From: Diadema antillarum
Taxonomy: Eukaryota
Reading direction: 5' to 3'
DNA: 64,000 nt
NCBI RefSeq assembly: GCF_040938485.1
Contig: NW_027271669.1
Span: 496,001-560,000, forward strand
In this document: positions 11,422 to 23,746 of the stretch, piece by piece
Layout of the letters: each line of letters opens with the position of its first letter
How positions within the stretch are numbered: position 1 is the first letter of the stretch
Notes under the pieces: model-generated
Seen by the model: the letters and a program-made list of their open reading frames with translations, nothing else
Database searches by the model: none
Told to the model about the DNA's origin: nothing
Made by a program: the position numbers and the translations under genes

Positions 11422-14019
11422 TTAAACAGTGCAATACAAAAGGAGAAGTGGCATTTCCTCTGATTTGTGTAAATTAGCACTTGGATCACATGACAGGTAA
11501 TCACAGGAATTCAATTTCAAAGCCTCCAGTAAAAAAATATAAAGATAATAAATTAGGATGGTTCTTTTCTTCCCTTTCCAAACTCCTAGAAATAAGACAG
11601 AAAGTAGGTACTGTATCTAAATTGTAATAAATTATAGCACGTATTCCATTACTACATGAGTTTTGTATCATGTAACCTCAGTAACACACAATCCTGTACA
11701 CAGAAATGTCATGTTGAAAAGACAACACCTCTTTCTGCAAACTACATTGTATAGTATGCCTTTCAGTAAGGAGTGATATTGCATGTCTGTCACAGGCCTG
11801 TACCTATGAACATTAATTAGCAGAATTTGTATTGCTCTAAAATCACTGGGCACCAAACATTCCCACTGAAGACCTGAAAGACTTGGTAACAAAAAGAAGT
11901 CATTTGAATGATACTGGTTCAGGGTTGCCCATACATTGTAGGAATTCTTCCCTGCAATCTAACATTATGTAATTACTGTAAAAGTGGAAATTTTCATGGT
12001 GTTGAATTTTCATACATTTTGCCCAAACAGAAACTAGTACGAAAATAAAGCATGCGAATATTTTTGCTTGCCATTATATGTTCCAGTACTTAACTGATGT
12101 CTTTTTTCACATTCGTAGCTGTACCTGTAGAGCATACAGGATAAAAACATCTTACTTTTGAAAGAATCACTAGTGTTTTTGACTTCTTTGTTGTTGTTGC
12201 TGTTGTCGCTGGTTGGTGATAAACACATCAGATAGCGAGATCTGACAGACATCTCTGCCACAATCAAATGCAACCTTGCATCAAAATACAGTCTAGACTC
12301 AGACCACCTCATAACATTGTCATGCAATTTGCGACTAGTTCTTACCCTGAGTGTCAAAAGTATTGCTGTATGATTGCCTTCGCTGTCTCTTCTGTCCTTT
12401 ACTTGAAGTCTGAGGAACAAAGATGAACAAGATTTATTTTTTAACAATAACCACAACAATTTCTTTGCACATGACATCAATCATCACATACTCACATTGT
12501 ATCTCATGCACTTAACAACACTCATCATGGGTCAAGTGAGAATTTGACGCAATTTCTGTGAAGATAATCCATTATGATTGCTGAGTGAATATGACAAATT
12601 TCTCTTCCAGTGCAGTTGGTAACAAAGAAAATAACACATACAGTCTCTGTGGTATCACATGAAACCTAATAAGATGTCTCACATCAATTTTGAAATACAA
12701 GGTTGCAACCACTACACTTGTATAATAACTATACTCATACAAACATGATCTACTTTTGTGTGTGTGTGTGTAAGGTAAGAATTACAATGAATCTATACTG
12801 TAGTCTACTTGGTCTTTAATGCATTTTCAAAAAATGGAAATTCTTGTCGGGGTTTTGAAATAGATTGATGTTTGGATTTTATCAATAATTTTGTTACATG
12901 TTTTCAATTGATCTGAAAATGCTATTTCAATGTTGTTATCATGTACAGTATTGTAGCACAGCACAGAAAAGGCTGAGAAAATTCATACCTACGTGTATAC
13001 AACACACACACATCTACACAAAGCTTAACTGAATGGCTACAATGACCTAAACAACTAGTGCACATGTATGAATCCTGTCAAAAGGTGGCGCTAGACATAA
13101 AAGAAACCCAGCAGAAAACATTTGCTATCTCCCACAAACATGATTGTTCTCAAAAAGTACACTTTTAGAGCTGGCGAAAGGTGACTTGTTCAATTTTTCA
13201 TCCACAGTTTAAAAAGTGACATCAAATGGATGGATTAATGCATTCTGATGAAAAAACTTGACAAGTTAAACTAAGTGCCTGCATTCTTAATGGGGTTAAT
13301 CAAATACTCACTGATGATTCAATTACTTCAAGTTTTGCTTGTTTACACGCTACACATAAAATCATCAATGGATTACAGGAAACGAGACTGGAATGTAAGC
13401 TGATTTGATGTCTTTCTCATCATTCTGTTATTATAGTTCTTGATGATGCTGTTGAAATTAAACTGTCATCGTAAGGAATATTGAATCTTGAATGCCTCTG
13501 GCATTAAAATGTTTTTGGACAAGATAGCTAAATCCCAATGCTGCTGCTACTGCTAAGCATACAAAAAAGAACTAGAGAGGGGCCGTCAAAGGCGGCAGAC
13601 CCACGCCTAAGTACAAAGTCGGGGTAAACATTTAATGTGCATTCGGTCATCTACCAGAATTCGGCCACTTAATTGCCAGTGTGCTTTATCACCAGCCAGT
13701 GAGTTCTACCAAAGATCGTACACTGAAGTGTACGATCTTTGGTTCTACAGTCACATCACACGCAAATCACATAATTACACATACGGTATTAACACTCATT
13801 CACGTACAGGAAAGTCCTTAAGTCTCCTCCAAAAATCCATCGAAAATCCCAAATTCCACCGTCAAAAGTGCAGAATCGGAACTTTTCCAAGCGCGCGCGA
13901 ATTAAGTCCAGTTTTAAGAGTATTGTCTACGCGACGGGTCGCGGAAAAAGCGCTAAAAATCGAGAAATACGCCGTTTTCTTGCGGGATATTTTGATTATA
14001 GCAAGCCGAGAGTGTGATG

Positions 14020-14714
14020 ATATCAAAGGTCGTATGAGTGTACGATCTTTGATGGTATCCACAAAAGCAAAAAAGAAAAACAAAATTTACGTACCCCCTA
14101 GGCAATTACCCCTATGATTAGTGTCTACGGGAATTATTCAATGCAAGGGTTGAATGCAAATGTCTACTGCACTAGTATTCGGCCACCAACGAGCGCCGCA
14201 ACGTCCCCGGTGCAATTTTGCACCAACAGTGTAGAGCGCGATGCATTTTCAGCGGCCTTGCACACGCATTGACATTGAGCACGCATATCGTGCAGTGTGA
14301 CTGCGACCGAGCAAAATGCTCCTCCAACGAAAAAAAACAATCAATGTTAATTTGAAAAATCATCAAATATCAAAGGTCGTATGAGTGTACGATCTTTGAT
14401 GGTATCCACAAAAAGCAAAAAAGAAAAACAAAATTTACGTACCCCCTAGGCAATTACCTTTATGATTAGTGTCTACGGGAATTATTCAATGCAAGGGTTG
14501 AATGCAAATGTCTACTGCACCAGTATTCGGCCACCAACGAGCGCCGCAACGTCCCCGGTGCAATTTTGCACCAACAGTGTAGAGCGCGATGCATTTTCAG
14601 CGGCCTTGCACACGCATTGACATTGAGCACGCATATCGTGCAGTGTGACTGCGACCGAGCAAAATGCTCCTCCAACGAAAAAAACAATCAATGTTAATTT
14701 GAAAAATCATCAAA
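14020..14714. repeat. Tandem duplication, 2 x about 347 bp, inside the HINE
   Basis: Units start at 14020 and 14367 (ATATCAAAGGTCGTATGAG...) and differ by only a few substitutions and homopolymer indels. Confidence 0.9.
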
Positions 14715-14813
14715 ATACGGGCCAGTTTGTGATGACGGAGAACAAACTTTCATAAATCTAGAAGGACATAGTCCCTCAAATAGGCCTAAACGTAAATTTC
14801 GGAATTCTTTTAA

Positions 14814-15588
14814 GGGCAATTCCGCGGTTAGTAACATTACATTTGAACAAATTCAGATATTTGTTTTTACTACTAAATTACCATTTATTCATTTCAAGTC
14901 AAAATTATGTCAAAAACATGTTCATCCTTCCCAGGTTTATGATACAGAAAAGAATGAATACAATCCATGAAATATTAGAATTGCTATGGCAGCTTAAAGG
15001 GCAGGTTAGTAACGTTACGAAAAAAGGACATGACAAAAAAATCAATGTCTTGTAACAAAAAGTGTGCAAAAATTCAAGTTACTTCAAACAAAGTGTTGCA
15101 TTAATTTTAATTATTGCATCATGACAAATGTTCACACAAAGTTTTTGAGCAGTTCGACCAATTATTTTTTAGCTAGACCCCCAAAAGCATGGTTAGTAAC
15201 GTTACGGTTAGTAACGTTACATTTGTCCGGAGTAATTCCGCAGGTCATTTCACCCTTTTGTAATTGACAAAATGTCACATGACTTCTGGAGTATTTAAAT
15301 GTATTCATCTTTTACCCATTAGCAAAACTTTGAGGAAAAAATTTCGAAGGAACCCACTGTAATTTGCATTTAAGTGAATTTCAGCATCCCCAGTCCCACA
15401 TGTACATTTTAAATGATGGTTTTAGATCTTGCGAAATCAATAAATACGAAAAATAAAATCTACTGAATTTGAAAGACCTTAATGATTGGTGAACATCCAT
15501 GGCATTAGTTGGTACCTAAATTAAAGAGTAAGATAAAGAGGCACATTTCTTTTATCCATGTCATGTCCACCTAACTGCGGAATTGCCC
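14814..15588. mobile_element. TTAA-flanked MITE (Kolobok-like) nested in the HINE
   Basis: TTAA|GGGCAATTCCGCGGTTAG...CTAACTGCGGAATTGCCC|TTAA (18-bp TIR, 1 mismatch). Internal GTTAGTAACGTTAC repeats. Confidence 0.8.
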
Positions 15589-16770
15589 TTAAGAACATTT
15601 GAGCAGCGAAGTCGGATCGTTGGGGAGTTTATGTCTTCGTATGGTAGCGGAAAATCGCAAAGTGAGAAACGGGAAATTTTCGGAATGGTCACTATACCAT
15701 GGGGTCAAAACTTCAAGGTCACACAGAATTTGCAAGGGTCAACCGATTATCACCAAAATCTAATCGATTCTTTCCTGTCATTATCCAAACATTCCCTGAA
15801 CATTTCGTGCAAATCCGTTTACCCGTTCTCTTGTTATCTTGTACACAAACAAACAAACAAACAAACAAACAAACAAACAAACAAACATACGGAACCCTTT
15901 ACATAACCCCCTGCCGATTTTCATCGGCGTGGGTAACAAAATGTACCATAAAAACATAATCCACAAGGGGAAAAAAAAAAGCAAGCCCCTAAATTCTCAG
16001 TAAATCTCCTCAAGCGAGATAATTTAGACAACAGCAAAATGTGGGCAGTTTTTAAACCTGGGTCAAGTCTCTGCTGAACACCAAAGCATCAAGCTTTACC
16101 AATAAAAGTCAATAACTACTGTATCATGAAACCATTTTAGGGACCAGAACATGGACAGCAGTTCCATAACATAACTATCATTTTCTGGATAAAACTTAAT
16201 TTTTGAAATGTTTAACCTTGACCAAGAAACTTTTTTTTTTTCACAACTCTATGGCTTGCATCTTTTCCAGGGCAGGATGTTTGGAGGTGGGAAAAATTCA
16301 TTTTGCCAAAATGTTTTCATTCAATTGCCACTACAACTTCACATAGCATTGAACTCCAATGCTATTTAATAGCATTTCCCATGCAACAGAAGACATCTTG
16401 GTGAATGGTGAATGACACTTTTCTACTGCACACCTTTCCCTTTGCAACCTTCACATGGTTGTGGTGGCTCCTTAGATCGTAAATGTGGATGTCATACTTT
16501 GTAACTGACCAATTGTATACTGAATGGTAAACTCTCTCAGTTTTTCTCTATGTTTTCAAAGCAATTGTTTCATCATATTGAATAGATGTCTCATTTCTCC
16601 ATGGAAAAATTTTAGCAATAAGATGATAAAAAAACTTATTTTGCAGTCACATCATTTCTCTAAACATTCTACCTACCACCCCCCCCCCAAAAAAAAAAAA
16701 TGCAATGCAACACTTATACTTCAACAATTTTGGAAGAAACATTGATTCCATGATCATGCAAGTTGCTTCT

Positions 16771-17008
16771 GTGGCACTGTGGCATAGTGGATAAGACTCC
16801 CGACTCCCGTTCGGAGGACCGGAGTTTGAATCCCGCCCAGTGCTTACGTCCTTGGACAAGATGTTTTTACCCACTATGTCCCTCTTGACCCAGGTGTACA
16901 AATGGGTACCTGACAATGCTAGGGTAATAACAATAGTTCAGCGCCCTCTGGTAGAGCAGTGGCAACACTGAAGAGGCTACCCTTGGTAAATAAGACCTTA
17001 TCATTATT
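16771..17008 (+). mobile_element. tRNA-derived SINE, CORE-like family A, copy 1
   Basis: A-box TGGCATAGTGG, B-box GTTTGAATCC, CORE-like CCTTGGACAAG...TGTACAAATGGGTACC, short TTA tail. Homologous to 53088-53317 and 62198-62425. Confidence 0.8.
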
Positions 17009-17009
17009 A

Positions 17010-18792
17010 CTGTGAAACCCCATTATAGCGACCGGCGATATTACATGTACCTTGTTATAACCGGTACCTCATTATAACCGTTCGCATCAAAAACAAAGAA
17101 AAACATTAGCACAAAGTCAACTCATCAATCAAACTTAAGAGCAGTCTTTGCGTTGTTATTACACAAGTATGGATCATTATCATTGAGAGAATAACAGGGA
17201 ATTATTTGTGAATTGATACAAAAAAGAGAAGGAAAAAAAAGTAGGGGTTGAAATGCGTTCTTAATTTTTCTTCCGAAAATCTCTTCACATAATAGTTGCA
17301 CTATGTTCTTGAGAAGTAGGCCTACTCGGCAGGATCATATGATTGTGATTCCTTCTTCACCTATCTCTTCCTCTTGTATTGAACCATTCTGAAAGAATAA
17401 TATTTTTTTGTTCTAATACAGTGTAAAATGACAATGAACAAAATCAGTTTGTATAAAATGCATTTGCTAAGATTTTTTTAAACACCAGCGCAAATAGAGT
17501 AACATTATGCGTTGCTTACTGTAACTTGCGAGGTATTTTACGTGTTGGTGCCCAGCGGGAATGCAGTGATACACTTTGTATCATAAATCATTTCGGCTGT
17601 AATCTTATATCTCATGTATGATGTTTGCGCCCGAAGGAATTAAAAAGTGCGTTCTTTATTTTCTTCCAAAAATCTCTTCGAGTTTTGTACATCTGTCCTT
17701 GAAAAATATGCGACAGGGTTGAATTTGGAAGGTTGTGATCCTTTTTACGCAAATCTGTACCTCATAGACCATTCTGAGAGAAAAAAAAATCTTTATTGTG
17801 AAATGCAGTGTTAAATGATTATGAACAAACCTAGATCTATTCAAACTATTAAATACATTTGTTTCTTTTTCTAAACACTGACTCAAGTAGATTAACATGC
17901 GTTATTCAACTATTTTTATGCTACTGTCACCCGGCGGGATCGCAATGATTTCATTAATTATTTCCGCTTTAATCATATAGGTACTATTTACATACACACT
18001 CATATTTGATAACCAGGAAACAACTGGAAGTCGGAACTAAAAATGGAAAGGATCTAATGATGAGTTGCACATGCATTCCAAAAATGTCCATTTTTTGGCC
18101 ACGAGTGTCGCAACATGAAAAGTTTTTGAATGCGATATTTGTTTTTCCCGTTGCGTTGTGGTCCGACCTAATATCACGCACATGTATCTCGTGAAAAAGA
18201 AAATTGAATGATTATGTTCAATAACTTAGTAGGAACATCGGAAGTATTCCAGTGTCTTGTATCACATGGTTTAGAAGAAAACATGGAAGAAATGGTATTT
18301 GGTAATTCGTCACTAATAATGGGGGATAAAAGAGCTCAGGGATAACGGCGGGGTTGAGCATAACGTGTTTGTTTCCGAGTCTTCCCGCTTCAGATAGTAC
18401 ATGTAGAGAGATGGCATGGAGATCGTATACATCCACAGTGCACATTTGTGTATAATAAAATGCGCATTATTGTGTTCACCCTAGTCTGTGCAGAACTGGA
18501 AAGAGACATGGATAGCGTGAATTCGGTTTTCAGTGTTTCGTTTGTCGCGTGTTTGAAAGCGGCAGGTCAAGAAATGGAAGTTTGTTGTATCCAATCAAAT
18601 TGCTTATGTTTTTCTTTATCATGATGCACCAAAAATGTCCTCATTATAACTGGAATCTTGTTATAACCGAACTCGTTACAACCGATTTGTTCTGCCATAG
18701 GTTTACACACAAAGGAAAACCGGACCGACGCAATCACTACGTTAAAAGCGATTCCTCGTTAAAACCAAACTTGTTATAACGGGGTTTCACTG
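17010..18792. mobile_element. Non-autonomous Tc1/pogo (Tigger-like) element, 1783 bp
   Basis: TA|CTGTGAAACCCCATTATAGC...GTTATAACGGGGTTTCACTG|TA. GTTATAAC subterminal repeats. A degenerate internal duplication of about 400 bp (17255-17920). No transposase ORF. Confidence 0.7.
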
Positions 18793-19930
18793 TACCTGTA
18801 TCATATTATTCTGTACTGTAACAATTGAAAAATAAACAAGTATGGGCATTGCTGTTGGTGAAAGTGTCAATTGATGAGCAGCTTGACGCAAAACTTGAAA
18901 GTTCGATCTCTTTACCTCAGAACTCTCAGCCTCACATAGTACCTCCAGCTGTGACATTATGGTCATCGTCTCAATGGCGAGGTCACTTAAGGTCATAGAC
19001 TTGCCCCATAGCTGTTCGTGGAGACAGATCTCAACTGCAGAAAAAAAAGCACCAATGAAAATTTTGAGAGTCTGATCAATGTACATGTAACATAAAACCT
19101 CTGAACAACGAAGGAAAGAACACATGATCTGCCATTTCAATAACCTCAGAGGCAAGGCCACTTGATTAAACAAGACCAATTTCTCCACAAACACTTTTTT
19201 CCCCCAATGATGGTCATGAACCTGACAATGGCTTGTCTGTTGCTCTATTTTTGATTGTTTACTTGTACTGAACCAAGGACAACACTATACACCAGTAACA
19301 AGCATCCCCCCCCCCTTGTTTTGTTGTTGCATATTTTCATTTCCCAATAAATATTGAATAGTTCTTTTGGTTACTGAATATTTGATAACAATACATCACA
19401 TTTTGTGATTTAAGAATCAAGAGCAGAAGGTGAAGTTGCAATTCCTTATGATCCACTTAGGTTTTCAAGGTAATGCAGTGCACTGAGTTGTAAAAATCAG
19501 AGAAACTTGTACCATGCAAGTATGGCAAACATGGCTCTATACAGTGTCAATATTACCTTTAGTTTGTATTGACTCAAAATGACGATGAATTTTGAAAAGT
19601 GCATCCTAATATAACATGCAGACTTACATACGGTATGTGTCAAACTTAATCTATGCATTCAATATCAATTAGTTCAAACAGCTAGAACCCTTAACATGCC
19701 TGAGATATGGATCTAAAAGTTGAGATACAGGCTAGGTTTTTAAATGTGTACAAATTTCATCAACTTCAGTAGAACATATTGCACATATAAATACACTATT
19801 ACCAAAGAAATCTATTATGGCAGGATATAAAAATTAGTAAAAATGCTTTATTCAAGCTGTTTCTTTTGGAAATGTTCTGCTGAGACACATTATATACAAA
19901 GCATAGTAAAACACATTGATACACATCTAT

Positions 19931-19931
<1 letters not shown>

Positions 19932-19967
<36 letters not shown>
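19932..19967. repeat. (CA)n microsatellite
   Basis: Directly visible. Confidence 0.95.
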
Positions 19968-19969
<2 letters not shown>

Positions 19970-20288
19970 AGATTAAGGGCACAAAATAAGATTATGAAAA
20001 CTATGAGATCCAATGCATGTTGACTTATTTGATTCATAATAGCCTGGTCATCATCACTACACTGTATGTGGTCAAAAGAAAATCTAAATATGTGTCATAT
20101 ATTTTACAATATTTCTGACATAAAAGATTTCTAATATACTGCAAAACATGTTGGAAAATACACCTTTGCTTTCCTTCTTGTTGTATTTGCTCCTTATGTG
20201 TGTCTCAAATCAGGAGACATAGAATAGAAATAGCAATAGATTATTCATGTCTTTCCACTGGAGTGAGGAAAAAAAATACAAACACACC

Positions 20289-20506
20289 AACTGTTAGATT
20301 CTAACCAAAGTTTAGCTTTATCTAGACTAGACCATTATAGATACGAATTATGTTACATTGTAAGAACACCGTTGGTGGAACAAAAACACAAAATAAAAAC
20401 ACACACTAAAATAACTGTTAGATTCTAACCAATGTTTAGCTTTATCTAGACTAGACCATTATAGATACGAATTATGTTACATTGTAAGAACACTGTTGGT
20501 GGAACA
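20289..20506. repeat. Local tandem duplication, period 124 bp
   Basis: AACTGTTAGATTCTAACC...GGTGGAACA (about 94 bp) occurs at 20289 and 20413 with 2 substitutions. Confidence 0.85.
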
Positions 20507-20803
20507 TTTTCAAAAGTGAAGGGCCCACTTCTGGGTTTCATGAGCTAACAAGCTTCAGCGCAACTTCTGGTGCCACTTCCGGGTTTCTTCAAGTGAAAAG
20601 AAAACAATAAAAAAATAATAAAAAGGTCTTCAGCTCATCTTCCTCATTCCACTTCAAGGTTTCTTCAGCTGACAAGCAAAAAAAAAAAAAAGAAAGAAAA
20701 GTGTCTTCAGCCCAAAACATAACCTTACTGTGCTCACACTTCAAGATTTCTACAATGTATTTCTTTTTAGTGCCACTTACGCACTTGTGAGGTAAAAAAA
20801 AGT

Positions 20804-20834
<31 letters not shown>

Positions 20835-21041
20835 GGCATGTGTGGTGACACGTTATGTACTACATGTGTATTCCTTTGCATGGTGCAAAAAATGTGGGGA
20901 GGCCCGAGACCCCCCGGTTCCACAGGCCATGAAGAATCACAAGTCAATGTAATACAAATTTACTACCATTCACAACATCAACATTCTGATTGAAAGTGAA
21001 ACCTACTATTAAATTTTTGGTACTACTGAAAAAAAAAATTA

Positions 21042-22030
21042 AACTAGAAATGTCGCTACGGCGACTGGTGTATGTCTCCGCCATAATGCATGGTTCTCCT
21101 AATAGGTCTATAGTACAATGTCTTGACAATGTGTGATGAAAGTTTCACACAATTGGCAAAATATTAAAATGACAGGTTTGCCACAAATGTGCTGAATGTT
21201 CACTTTCCTACAAAACTAGGTTCAATTGGATGAATGATTAAAATGTCAGAGTGCAGGTATTTGGGGGAACTGATGATTTTTACTTGACTTTTGACCCTTT
21301 TATAAGTTTATGCATTGAGTGATTTTCAAGGTATTGATAAAAAGTATAATTTCAGTATCAAATGGTAAAATAGTATTATCTAAACCTGTCCTTTGACCTT
21401 TGACCTCACAGTTCCAAAGAGAATCACTGTTAGGTAGAACATGCATAAATATGTAAGTTTCATGATAATACCTGAGTTACTTTTGAGATATGGAGGAAGA
21501 AGTGCAATTTAGCACTTTCACTTGACCTTTTGACCTTTGACCTTTTGGCAAGAAACTTCCCACAGAATATTATATTGGGTTATACATGCATACATCACGT
21601 TAAAAAAAAATCCTTCAAGCATTGCATAAATATAAGGAAAGCAGTGATATTTTGAGTTGACCTTGACCTTTGACCCCATGACCTTTGACCCATGACCCCA
21701 ACTTCCCTAGATTATCACTGCCCATCGGTACATGCATATATACTAAGTTCCATGAAGATACCTTGAACCATTTGCGAGATATGGAGAAAAACATGAAATT
21801 TCAACCTTTTTTTCACAAAATAACCTGTGACCTTTGACCTTTGACCCCGTGACCCTAAAATCCAAACAAAGTATTATCCCCCCAGGATATACCCTCATAC
21901 CAAGTTTGATGCAAAACCACCTCACGGTTCTGATCTTGAGATATCGACAAAAACAAAACGGGACGGACGGACGGACGGACGACCCGAAAACATAATGCCT
22001 CCGGCCACTTCGTTGGCGGAGGCATAAAAA
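21042..22030 (-). mobile_element. Second DINE-1/HINE-type element (about 990 bp)
   Basis: Minus strand: 5' TATGCCTCCGCC with hairpin partner GGAGGCAT, (CGTC)n microsatellite at about 21961-21983, TGACCTTTGACC-rich core, 3' GGCGGAGACATA, GTCGC-CGTA-GCGAC stem-loop and CTAGTT end. Confidence 0.8.
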
Positions 22031-22100
22031 TAGGCCTAAGTTATTCTATGTTAGGCCTAATGACTTTAATTACGTGGCCCCTTTATCCCGAGGACTGCTC

Positions 22101-22410
22101 ATCACATCACATCACATCACATCACATCACATCTGATACGAGGTCTAGTCCTGTACTCCAGTATTCCGGTCTCAACATAATAGAATTATCTTCAACCTTG
22201 CTGCTTTATGTGCGTTGAGGAGCAGAGGTTTTGAATTTCTCCCCGCTCCAATGTCTATCCAATAAATCTTTGAAATTATTAATTGAGGAAGCTTCAACAA
22301 CACTAGTAGGGTTTCTACTCGGTAGTAGTAGTAGGAGGCAATCTGTTCCAGTCGGCAACTACTCTCTGGAGCTGGCTGAAAAAATGTACTTCGCAGTTCT
22401 AACCTAATGC
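22101..22410 (-). mobile_element. 3'-terminal fragment of a CR1-clade LINE
   Basis: Minus frames give QRVVADWNRLP...VVEASSINNFKDLLDRHW, a CR1 ORF2 C-terminal motif, followed by a short UTR and a (GATGT)n tail at 22101-22133. Confidence 0.7.
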
Positions 22411-23746
22411 TCAGTCATTGAAAAATTTGACCGACAAAGATTGAAAACAAATAAGGTCGATATGCCACAATTCATCAATGATGTTTTGATTTATATGGCA
22501 TAGAGTTCTAGACACTCGTATTAAATCATGATTATGAATGATAGCAGCTAGCTATAATTAGCAGCGCAGCGCCGTCACAGACTGCCAACAAAATTTACAG
22601 TATGTGGGGCCGTTCACATTTCATTGTACGTATTACCGCATATACGATAATTGATACGATAGAACTCAATTAGGTGAGGGTTTACACGAAAATCATTGCA
22701 CATTATGATACCTACCTTTGTATGATGGATCGTATGAGCAGGAAAATGCAATCGGAGGTCCAAGGATATCAACCATATTGCGATAATTTTTATTTGTTTT
22801 TAGAACTTACAGACGACGAAGAACGTGTGTGAATGAATCAGTGCTGCGGATAGTGCATGCGATCTAATGCATGCTAAATGCATGGTGCTACAAAATATTG
22901 GAGGCTGCCCTCAGGTGACGGTTTTGTTCTTCCCTGCAGCCTAGCCTGCTTCTAGCCACTCATATTCCAAGCCCAATACCAATCACTGACAGTGGCCCGG
23001 TAGATGATAATTTTAACAAAAACAAACTAACTAACAAACAAACAAACAAAAAAAACAAGAAAAAACGGGGGGGGGGGGGGGGGGGCCAAGCACACTCACC
23101 GAACTGAGAAATGCTTAGAATACAGGCACTTCTATTTTTTTTTTTTTGGGGGGGGGGGGGAGGGGGGTGTTTGACAACTTACCCTTGATGTTCCCAGGGA
23201 GAATGTTACAGAAAGCTATGTTGGGATGTAGGTATCAGTCGTTCAAATACATTGTAGTGTTCCACCCAAGTGTGTTTTGGAATGTTGATCATGATTACAC
23301 CAAATCAGAATAAATAGATTTTTGTATAGTCATTGGTGTATTTCTTTGCATCTACAGCTGTAAATGTTTATACCGAGAAATAAGGGTCACACATTTTGTA
23401 CCAATGTGCACGTGAGCTAAACTGGCTTATTACAGTCATGAGAACCCTTCTCAGCTTGAAGTCAAAGTCTAAGTTGTTGTTTGATTTGTAGAGACCATGG
23501 TCCGATGCCAGGAAGACCGAACCACTAGAGTGCCCCTCGTCTGTATACAGTGCATCGGGCGGGTATAGAAAATCATTAACGCATTATTGTCTGACCAGTA
23601 TAGTAGAGTACTATGCTTGCGCCTAAGAACACCTTCCATCGTACAATGGTGTATCTCTTCGGTTGGTCGACCCCGCCGGCTTTGTATACTTTGTAAAAAG
23701 CCTCGTTTTTTACAACCTTTGAAAAACGTTTCAAAACGTGTCCATA

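Larger units (their letters stand above)
13570..15940 (-). mobile_element. DINE-1/HINE-type non-autonomous Helentron derivative
   Basis: On the minus strand: 5' subterminal repeat ACCCACGCC within a hairpin (GCCGAT-GAAA-ATCGGC), a (GTTT)n microsatellite (about 15845-15885), a tandemly repeated core, 3' subterminal GGCGTGGGT, a GCCG/CGGC stem-loop and a CTAGTT end. Confidence 0.75.

Noticed and set aside
12034-12480. 148-aa minus ORF as a protein-coding gene
   Set aside because: No family motif, runs through AT-rich and low-complexity sequence, and contains internal splice-like sites. At most a 64-nt part could be an exon.
13635-14687. 160-aa ORF and the twin ORFs 14172-14366/14466-14687
   Set aside because: They sit inside the HINE and its 347-bp tandem duplication, with no Rep/helicase motifs.
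16771-16850. tRNA genes at the heads of 16771, 25046, 53088 and 62198
   Set aside because: A and B boxes are present, but each continues into a shared SINE body and tail and no full cloverleaf is evident.
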